64,000 nucleotides of DNA. Source: Planctomycetota bacterium (GTDB taxonomy: Bacteria; Planctomycetota; B15-G4). The stretch spans positions 1,472,001-1,536,000 of the forward strand of contig CBDFJQ010000002.1 in assembly GCA_965248575.1 (NCBI GenBank). The letters are read 5' to 3'. A model generated the notes under the pieces. That model worked only from the letters and a program-made list of their open reading frames with translations, was not told where the DNA came from and did no database searches. Made by a program: the position numbers and the translations under genes. This document shows, piece by piece, positions 20,634 through 28,381 of the stretch. Each line of letters opens with the position of its first letter. Position 1 is the first letter of the stretch.

Positions 20634-20859
20634 GCGAGTATAGGGTGCCAGCTCCGGTTGGGCACGCACCGGAACCCGAAGGGAACGGGCTCGGGGACGC
20701 TTGAGACCCGACGATGGGAATCCTGTTGGCCGGAGACGAGGCACGACGAGCTGTGTTGGACGCGCCAGCTCCGTCGATCTGATACACCCTGCCTCAGTCC
20801 CTGGAGGCCCGGCAGACGGCCTTCATCGCCCATTCTCCTGCCATGAGCGACCCAAGCGA

Positions 20860-21657
20860 GTGTCCGAGCCCCCATCGAGCCCTCTTCCCAGCCTGGTGGA
20901 CACCCACTGCCACCTGGCGTTCTCGGCCTTTGACGAGGACCGCGCTGAGGTCATCCAGCGGGCCAAGCAGGCGGGTCTCCAGGCCTGTGTGGCCGTGTCC
21001 GTGGATGCCGCCTCGGCACGCGCAGCCCTCGCCCTCAGCCAGGCCGAGCCGGGGTTCGTGTTCCCCACCGCGGGCATCCACCCCACCGAAGACTCCATCG
21101 GTGATGTCTCGGAGTGGGAGGCCGTGGCTGAACTCCTGCGCTCGCAGCCTTTCGTAGCCGTCGGCGAGACCGGCCTCGACGCCTTCCACGAGTGTGCCAC
21201 CCTGGACGATCAACGGCACAGCTTCGCTCAACACCTGCAGCTCGCCCTGGAGCTGGAGCGGCCCGTGGTCATCCACTGCCGGGATGCCTTCTCCCCGCTG
21301 CTCGAGGAGCTGGAATCCACCCGCGGCGCTGGGCTCACCGGTGTTCTGCACTGCTTCACGGGGGGAGCTCAGGAGCGAGACGCGCTGCTGGACCTCGGGC
21401 TTCACATCGGCGTGGGTGGCATCGCCACCTACAAGGCCTCCAGAGATTTGCGCGACGTCGTTCGCGACATCCCTGCCGACAGATTGCTTGTGGAAACGGA
21501 CGCCCCCTGGCTGGCACCCGTACCCAAGCGAGGACGTCGCAATGAACCCTCCTTCGTCGCGCACGTGGCCGCGCATCTAGCGCAGGACCGGGGCGTGGAG
21601 CTGGAGACCCTCGCCCAAGCGAGCACGGCGGCCGCGCGTCAGCTGTTCAAGATCTGA
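20860..21657 (+). CDS. tatD: TatD family hydrolase/DNase
   Basis: DTHCHL, GIHP, VGETGLD, IHCRDA, LHCFTG and ETDAPWLAP motifs; start GTG 20860 inferred. Confidence 0.95.
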   Translation: MSEPPSSPLPSLVDTHCHLAFSAFDEDRAEVIQRAKQAGLQACVAVSVDAASARAALALSQAEPGFVFPTAGIHPTEDSIGDVSEWEAVAELLRSQPFVAVGETGLDAFHECATLDDQRHSFAQHLQLALELERPVVIHCRDAFSPLLEELESTRGAGLTGVLHCFTGGAQERDALLDLGLHIGVGGIATYKASRDLRDVVRDIPADRLLVETDAPWLAPVPKRGRRNEPSFVAHVAAHLAQDRGVELETLAQASTAAARQLFKI

Positions 21658-21699
21658 GGCGGCAGGCACGCCCGCACCCAGTTCAACCTTGCAACGGGT

Positions 21700-22584
21700 T
21701 CAGCTTTGCAACCAGCTCATGGCGTCCCAAGCCGAGCCCGGCCAGAGCATCTCGATCAGGATCCCCAGGGAGAGGAACGGACCGAAGGGCAAACCGACAG
21801 GGCTGTCTGAACGCTGGAGCCGCGCCACGACCTTCAGCCCGATGCCGACAACCGCCCCGGCGAAGCAACCGATCATGATGGACTCGAGCACCAGGATGGG
21901 ACCCAGGAGCGTGCCGGCAAACGCCATCCACTTCACGTCACCGAGTCCCATGGCATCCTCGACACCCGCGGCTTCCACCTGGCTCTTCAACATGAGGTTC
22001 CCCAGGCGACCGACCAACCAGAGCGAGCCCCCCCCGGCGACCAAGCCCACGATGCCCACCACCACACTGGACGTGTGGGCAGACTCTGAGCGGAACATCG
22101 CGTGGCTCGCGTGAATCTCCGGGAACACGCCCGAGGCCAGCAGCCCCAAGGCAATGCCGGGCAGCGTGATCACATCGGGGATGATGAAGTGCTCCAAGTC
22201 GATGGCACTGACCACCACACACAAGGTCGCCATCACCCATCCCACGAGCAACAGCACCCAGCTGCCACCCGCGCCGGGGTTGAGCTTCCACCAGAAGAAG
22301 GCGAACAGAGCGCCGACCAGGAGTTCGATCGCAGGGTATCGGATCGAGATTCGCTCAGAGCACGATCGACACTTCCCTCTCAGCACGACCCAGGCCAGGA
22401 CGGGAATGTTGTCGAACCAACTCAACTGCGTAGCGCAGGACGGGCAGAACGAGCGCCCGGGTTTGTGAACGCTCAGCCCTTCGCGCGGAACGCGATGAAT
22501 CGCAACGTTGGCGAAGCTCCCCACGGAGAGCCCCAGGAAGGAAGCGATGAACCACCCCATCCAGCCTTCAAGGGGGGTTGGCAT
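21700..22584 (-). CDS. pilD: Prepilin peptidase (A24A, with N-terminal Zn-binding CxxC pairs)
   Basis: GSFANVAIHRVP, SFCPSC, GKCRSC, IDLEHFIIPD, MGLGDVK and LPFGPFL motifs. Confidence 0.95.
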   Translation of the reverse strand: MPTPLEGWMGWFIASFLGLSVGSFANVAIHRVPREGLSVHKPGRSFCPSCATQLSWFDNIPVLAWVVLRGKCRSCSERISIRYPAIELLVGALFAFFWWKLNPGAGGSWVLLLVGWVMATLCVVVSAIDLEHFIIPDVITLPGIALGLLASGVFPEIHASHAMFRSESAHTSSVVVGIVGLVAGGGSLWLVGRLGNLMLKSQVEAAGVEDAMGLGDVKWMAFAGTLLGPILVLESIMIGCFAGAVVGIGLKVVARLQRSDSPVGLPFGPFLSLGILIEMLWPGSAWDAMSWLQS

Positions 22585-22604
22585 GGGCGGGCATTCCAGA
22601 GGTT

Positions 22605-23324
22605 CTAGGGCGTCGAGAAAGACAACACGAGCGGCCCCTCGGGGGGCACCCCGTCGAGGCCACGCAGACCAAGCCGCTTCCAGATCAACTCAAGCGGCCC
22701 AGCATGCGGGGAGACTTCGAGTACGACCGTGCACTCAAGGCCCATCAGCGACCATCGGGTTTGCGGCAGGAAGGGCTTGAGCGCCAGACCCGCCGCGACC
22801 GGAAACAAAGGGCAACTCTGGGAGTTGACCGTGCCCGGGTCCAGCACCCCGTCAAAAAGCAGCCGAATCGCTCCATCGTGCTTCAGTGCTCCCGTCGAGG
22901 AGACCCGTTGCCCGTTCACGGACCTCAGACGCACCACACCCTCCCCTACCAAGCCCGGCCGGCAGCGGACTTCCAGACGTTCGGATGCGGGCAGGCTCAT
23001 GCCCGACGAGGACCTCAACGCATGGATCGAAGGGGATCCCACCAGCTGGATCCAGACGCTCGGTGGTGGATGTCGGAAGAGTTCCTCCGTCACGTTCAAG
23101 TGAACACGCAGGGAGGTCGCGCCGGCCGATGTGCGCGCGGGGAGCAGTCGACCGTCGGCAGTTTCCACGCGCACGGATCGGGATGTCAGGCTGAGGGGGT
23201 CCAAAGCACCCGAAAACTCAACGGTGAGAAGCTCGTTGAGGGCAACGGCTGATGAGTGGGACGTCACCCGCCATTCATGCTCCGAAGGACCGCAGGCAGC
23301 ACACACCGCGAGGGTGAGCATCAT
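22605..23324 (-). CDS. Putative lipoprotein with Ig-like modules
   Basis: Lipobox-like AVCAA-C; ALNELLTVEFSGALDPLSL and IRLLFDGVLDPGTV resemble the Ig-like motifs of the neighbouring giants. Start uncertain. Confidence 0.65.
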   Translation of the reverse strand: MMLTLAVCAACGPSEHEWRVTSHSSAVALNELLTVEFSGALDPLSLTSRSVRVETADGRLLPARTSAGATSLRVHLNVTEELFRHPPPSVWIQLVGSPSIHALRSSSGMSLPASERLEVRCRPGLVGEGVVRLRSVNGQRVSSTGALKHDGAIRLLFDGVLDPGTVNSQSCPLFPVAAGLALKPFLPQTRWSLMGLECTVVLEVSPHAGPLELIWKRLGLRGLDGVPPEGPLVLSFSTP

Positions 23325-23371
23325 CAGCGGTGCGCGCAAGCAGGCCCGGGCATCCGCACCGAGCCATGGGC

Positions 23372-26300
23372 TCAGTAACTGGACCGAAGCCGCAGGTAGT
23401 CGGCCTGCGGGCGGAAGCTGTTGGCGTCGAAGGGGAACTGATCCGGATCCACGCCGATGTCGAACAGGACGCGGAAGCGGACGAGGGGATAGCCAGACAG
23501 GTCGGTGAGGTCGGACACCCAAGTGGTCATGGTCTCCACGTCTGGAATCTGGGAACCGGCCCGCACAGCATAAGCACCTTGGAAGGTCACGGACACGACG
23601 GCATTGTCCGAGATGGCATCCGCCTGCAACAGCGAGACGTCCGGAGCGCTGATCCCGATGTCGTTCTGAGGAGCGGTGTTGCCAAGGGATCCAGGGAACA
23701 GGCCCGGCGCACCGGTCGTGGGCGAGTTCTTGACGTAGTGAGCGGGTTTGCCGACCACGGCACCAACCGTCATCACCAGGCCGTCCTTGCCAGCGGGCGT
23801 GGTCTCCCCCGCCGACTCATGGTGCGTGCCCACGAAGGCCTCGAAGAAAGGCGGGGTGCGCCCCGTCCCGTCGCGCATGCGCAACGCCACTCCGCTGTAA
23901 TCCAACCAGCGCGAGGTTCCCGTGCTCACGCTTCCGAAGGGCGGAGGCGTCATGGACGGATGGATGACTGGCATCCGCTCGATGAGGTTGGAGGGATCGA
24001 ACACCTGTTTGCCGCCCACATCAATCGTGGGCAAGGTCCCGTCGGGCTCCACCATCAGGACACCCATGGGGATCGTCTCGCCCGCATGGGTGGTGCCCGG
24101 CGTCTTGGGGAAATCAGGGTCCGTGGACGGATTGTTGATTTCCTTGAAGTTGTTCGGATTGTAGCCGTTGTAGGTCTTGATCACCTTCCCGGGCTCGGGC
24201 TCCTGGACGAACCGGCGGCCGGGGAACTCGGGCATCTCGATGGTCGTGGTGTCGAACCACATCTGCCCCGAACCCGCCGGGTACTCGTTGGTCAAACCTG
24301 CGAACGACCCGTTGGTGCCGTCGGGGCTCGGAATCAGCGGCGGGTAGGATCCGTTGAGCACGTAGTAGTTGTCCTGCACGTTGCTTCCTACCAACGCCTC
24401 GGGCCGGAAGTAGCGGTAGTGCAGCATGTCGATGTAGCGCAGATCGTCGGGAAGCGTGCTGTTTCCTCCAAAGTCTGCGTGCTCCGCCTGCTTGCTGTTG
24501 GCATCGCCCGTCCACAACCCCAACTTCAGGATCGTGCGCTTCCTCGAGAACAAGAAGGCGCCTTCCTGGATCTGGGGCATGCCGCTTCCATCACCGACCT
24601 GGAGCTGGATCAGCCCGGAGCCACCCTGGCCACCGTCGCTTCGGGAGTACTCGAACGAGAAGGCGGTGAAGTTCGTCGTGTTGGCGGGGCTCGTCCGGGC
24701 GTCACGCCCCATGCCGCCCGACACGTCGATCGACGCACCCTGCAATCCGCTGGAGTCGACATAGGAGGCCGACTTGTGCCCCTTGTCGGCCTCGACGCGG
24801 ATGGTTCCCGCAGCCTGGAGCAAGATCGCGCCACCACTCCCGCCGCCACCACCACCACTGAAGGCGCTGGTTCTCACCACCTCGCCGCCACCGCCGTGCC
24901 CGCCACTGGTATCGATGTGCCCGAGGCGACCCACCACGATGTCGCCGAAGGAACGGATCTGGATCGAACCGCCACCACCACCCCCACCACCGGGCTTGGC
25001 ATCATAGGCAGCAGGGGACACTGCCACGCCGATCTGGAGTTTCGGATAGAAGGGAGGAGCATTGGGCGGGACATCGGGCGCACCGAGCGCACTCTGCGCC
25101 CAGCCACCGTGTCTCATGCTGTCGACCCGGGTGCCTCCTCCGCCGCCACCCTGGCCACCGATCAGGACCGGAAGCTCTCCTCCTACTCCGATGAAGTCAT
25201 TGGATGGGTCGCCGTCCTTGAAGACGGGCTCACCCGGCGCCGCACCAGGCATGATGCGCATGACGCTTTCGGGATTGGTGAAGTCCGGGACGAATCCCGG
25301 CTTGTAGGTCAAATACACACACTGAAGCGGCGTGTTGGGCAGCTGCCCGGAGAAAAAGTTCTCTTCATTGCCGTAGAGCGCGTCGGAGCGCTTGTTGTTG
25401 GTTGGGCACTTGTCGAAGGGGAACCAGGTGCTGTTGCTCTGGACACGGTAGGAGCCGCTTCCATCCCGAGCCTTCTGGCCCACCTCGTAGTACGAGCCGC
25501 CTCCGCCACCTGGCGGTCGGTGGAACTCCGTGTTGTCGGACGGCGGGATCTTCGGAATGCCCGAAATCGTCGGGTCGTAGCCCGCAGTTGACAGACCGCC
25601 CAGTCCCCCTACTTTCTGCATGACCACGGTGCCGACCGCCGTGAGGACGGGACCGGAGCCCCGCTCCCCTGTCTCGGGCGTCACATACTGGTCCAAGGTG
25701 CCTGGCCCGGTCGGGTCAAAGAGTGACGGCTGCCCATCCCCGCCCCGCCCGCCGCCAGGCCCACCGGGCCCACCGGGCACCGGCAAGAAGCCCGTATCAA
25801 AGGAATCATCGCTCAGACCATTGGTGCCCTGCGCGGACAAGACACCATGGATCTCGACACGGCGCGTGGCCGTGATCACGAGCGGCTGACTGCCTCGCGC
25901 CACCACTTGTACGCCTTCAGGAATGATGAAGTCGCGGAAGGAGAAGCGACCTCCCAAGACCGTCACCACATCCGTCACCCCAGGCGTCGCCCCACTTGGG
26001 TGCGGGAACACCTGGGCATCTGTGTCCAGGAGCACCACTCCAAAAGTGGTAAGGCTCAAGGACAGGTCCTTTTCGCCGCCGGTGGCTGACGAGCGCTTGT
26101 AGGCCTGTAACTCATCGAAACCCACGGTCATGCCCGGCAGGAAATCGCCGAGCTGGGCGATATCACTCACGCCCACGGAAGCACGCAAGCCAGGCACCGA
26201 CACCGCGCTTCCGAAGCTCCCTGCCCACTCCGCCAAGGGGCTGGTGCTGAGGGGTGTCGAGTCTTCGAACTCCCCTTGGTCGAACACCTCGAGGAAGGTG

Positions 26301-28381
26301 TCGTCCAGGGCGGCGAACAGCCCTTGCAGCGGTTCGGCCGTGCGGAAGCCCAAGAGCCGTGTGGCACCCAGCGCCGACACCTGGGCCGTGGGATCCGTAT
26401 TGAGCGCGTTGGTGCCGAACAACGAAGTGAGCGTGTTGCGTTGCATGACGTCGATCTCGGCCCCGAACGGCAAGATGCCGAGTGGCGTGAGCTCCAACTC
26501 CGCGCCTGCGTCCGAGTTCGATTTGACGATCAACTCAACATCCAGGTCCATGCTGCCGACGGCGAAGGCTCGCGCGGGGCTGAGCCCTCCTGGCAAGGCG
26601 TTGAGTGGCATGCCGAAGGCGGCCACATCGGCAAGGGCGGTCGTGATCAAGCCCGTGGCCAGGTCCACCCGCTCGACGCTGTCCAGCGTACGGTTCACGG
26701 CAAGCAGCTCAGTGTCGCCGACGAACTGAAGGTCCGAGTACTCGCCAAAGAGCTCGAGCACGACATCTGTTGCCAACCCACTGAACAGTCCGTCGTCCGC
26801 GTCGAACTGTCCATCGAGGTCAAAGTCGATGGGCGACAAGCGGATGATGGAAGGCTGGGCAGGGTCGCCATTCCGGATGGCCAGAGCGTAGAGATCACCC
26901 GCGGGTGATTGCGCTAGGTCCACGATGTCGCCTGCTTCGATCGGCTGGACATCACTCAGGAAGCCGGCCACTCCATCGCCCAGGTTGAGGCTGAGCAACA
27001 TGGGACGCGCCGCCACGGGCTCCGAAACTGCCGGACGCCGACGAATCAGGGTTGGAAGCAGTTCGTAGATGCGTCGCGTGTCCCGGTCGTAGGCCACCAG
27101 TCGTCCGTCGAGGAGCATCGTCAGGCCCACGAGCTCCGCCAACCCTGTGTCGAGGGCGCCTGTCGCTCCACCTTCCACGGCTGCCTCGGCAAGAAGTGCG
27201 TGGCTCGGGTCACCCAAGACATGGTCCACGGCCGTCAGCAAATCGCTTCCGCCATCGACGTCCAGCACAGCCCACAACAACGAGGCGTCGCGGTCACTCG
27301 CAAGGCTCGCTACAGGAGCCACGAGTTCGATGTCTGGCCCCGCCAGCGCACCGCTGCCGTCCGCATGGGCAAAGATGTCTCCACCCGCAGGGTCGGGGCT
27401 CACCCCTTCGTCCAGTCCCGAGAGAGCCGCGAAGGCGGCATGGGTCCCCAGGGCATTGCCCGGAACCTCGTGCGCCAACAGGATCTTCGTGCCCCGTGCC
27501 CGGAAGAAGAAGCTCGGTTCGACGAGCCCGTCCGCATCGAGATCCGCGCCGAAGAGGTTGCTCTCGGTGGGAGTCAGGGGACGGTCATAGACCAGTTCGA
27601 TGCTCTCGGGACCCGGGGGAAACAAGGGCACGCCTTCGAACTCGAGCGATGTCTTGGCGAAGGTCCGAGGGTAGAAGTCACCCATGCCATCCGCCGGGTT
27701 CGACGAGACGAGCGCGGGTGGCAAACCATCGGCGCCACTCGAGGGGTAGAAGGCGGCGGGGTTGGAGGTTGTTCCAAACTTCACCTCGCCCGACACTGAA
27801 CCCAGGTCCGGGTTGAGATTGGCGATCCGTGAGCCCACAATGGTGGACACGCGGGCGGTGTATGTGGAGTTGGGGAACAGCCCCGGCACCGCGTTCACCG
27901 GCCCCGTCAGGCTGGCCACCAGAGGCGCCGTCGGAACAAACGGGCGGAACTCCACCGTATCCCCGACCAAGGTGTAGGTCCCCTTGGCCTTGATGATCGG
28001 CGTCGCGCCCGTGGCACCGACCGTGGGATCCACCTCGAGATTCGTCGTGAAGACCGGAAGATTGGTGGCGCCGACGGGCCCCGTCGGCGTCCCATTGAAG
28101 CGGAAGATCACCGTCAGATTGAGCGGCCCCCCCAAGGTCGTTGGTGTCGCTTGGAGATCCTCGACGGGAGGCTGCGTGAAACTCGGATCCGAGCCCACAC
28201 GAAATGCGAACCCGAGGAACTTGATGGACTTGCCGACGCCCGTGTTCGGACCGCCGCCACCACCACCTCCCCCGCCACCACCACCGCCGCATCCTCCGGA
28301 GAGAAACGCCAGGCTGCCAGCAAGGGCCAGGATTCCCAGAGTGCGGACCCTGAAACCTACCGTGGCCCCCGCCGGGTGCAT
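23372..28381 (-). CDS. Giant lipoprotein (1669 aa) with Ig-like, propeller-like and glycine-rich regions
   Basis: Lipobox LSGG-C plus 13 Gly; TGATG overlap with the upstream gene; GGGGGGSGGAILLQAAG-type repeats. Confidence 0.88.
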   Translation of the reverse strand: MHPAGATVGFRVRTLGILALAGSLAFLSGGCGGGGGGGGGGGGGPNTGVGKSIKFLGFAFRVGSDPSFTQPPVEDLQATPTTLGGPLNLTVIFRFNGTPTGPVGATNLPVFTTNLEVDPTVGATGATPIIKAKGTYTLVGDTVEFRPFVPTAPLVASLTGPVNAVPGLFPNSTYTARVSTIVGSRIANLNPDLGSVSGEVKFGTTSNPAAFYPSSGADGLPPALVSSNPADGMGDFYPRTFAKTSLEFEGVPLFPPGPESIELVYDRPLTPTESNLFGADLDADGLVEPSFFFRARGTKILLAHEVPGNALGTHAAFAALSGLDEGVSPDPAGGDIFAHADGSGALAGPDIELVAPVASLASDRDASLLWAVLDVDGGSDLLTAVDHVLGDPSHALLAEAAVEGGATGALDTGLAELVGLTMLLDGRLVAYDRDTRRIYELLPTLIRRRPAVSEPVAARPMLLSLNLGDGVAGFLSDVQPIEAGDIVDLAQSPAGDLYALAIRNGDPAQPSIIRLSPIDFDLDGQFDADDGLFSGLATDVVLELFGEYSDLQFVGDTELLAVNRTLDSVERVDLATGLITTALADVAAFGMPLNALPGGLSPARAFAVGSMDLDVELIVKSNSDAGAELELTPLGILPFGAEIDVMQRNTLTSLFGTNALNTDPTAQVSALGATRLLGFRTAEPLQGLFAALDDTFLEVFDQGEFEDSTPLSTSPLAEWAGSFGSAVSVPGLRASVGVSDIAQLGDFLPGMTVGFDELQAYKRSSATGGEKDLSLSLTTFGVVLLDTDAQVFPHPSGATPGVTDVVTVLGGRFSFRDFIIPEGVQVVARGSQPLVITATRRVEIHGVLSAQGTNGLSDDSFDTGFLPVPGGPGGPGGGRGGDGQPSLFDPTGPGTLDQYVTPETGERGSGPVLTAVGTVVMQKVGGLGGLSTAGYDPTISGIPKIPPSDNTEFHRPPGGGGGSYYEVGQKARDGSGSYRVQSNSTWFPFDKCPTNNKRSDALYGNEENFFSGQLPNTPLQCVYLTYKPGFVPDFTNPESVMRIMPGAAPGEPVFKDGDPSNDFIGVGGELPVLIGGQGGGGGGTRVDSMRHGGWAQSALGAPDVPPNAPPFYPKLQIGVAVSPAAYDAKPGGGGGGGGSIQIRSFGDIVVGRLGHIDTSGGHGGGGEVVRTSAFSGGGGGGSGGAILLQAAGTIRVEADKGHKSASYVDSSGLQGASIDVSGGMGRDARTSPANTTNFTAFSFEYSRSDGGQGGSGLIQLQVGDGSGMPQIQEGAFLFSRKRTILKLGLWTGDANSKQAEHADFGGNSTLPDDLRYIDMLHYRYFRPEALVGSNVQDNYYVLNGSYPPLIPSPDGTNGSFAGLTNEYPAGSGQMWFDTTTIEMPEFPGRRFVQEPEPGKVIKTYNGYNPNNFKEINNPSTDPDFPKTPGTTHAGETIPMGVLMVEPDGTLPTIDVGGKQVFDPSNLIERMPVIHPSMTPPPFGSVSTGTSRWLDYSGVALRMRDGTGRTPPFFEAFVGTHHESAGETTPAGKDGLVMTVGAVVGKPAHYVKNSPTTGAPGLFPGSLGNTAPQNDIGISAPDVSLLQADAISDNAVVSVTFQGAYAVRAGSQIPDVETMTTWVSDLTDLSGYPLVRFRVLFDIGVDPDQFPFDANSFRPQADYLRLRSSY

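Noticed and set aside
23330..25591. 753-aa plus-strand ORF (similarly 30811-32331, 9970-11355, 55537-57027 and minus-strand 60505-62145)
   Set aside because: Antisense to well-supported genes; stop-codon scarcity at high GC explains their length.
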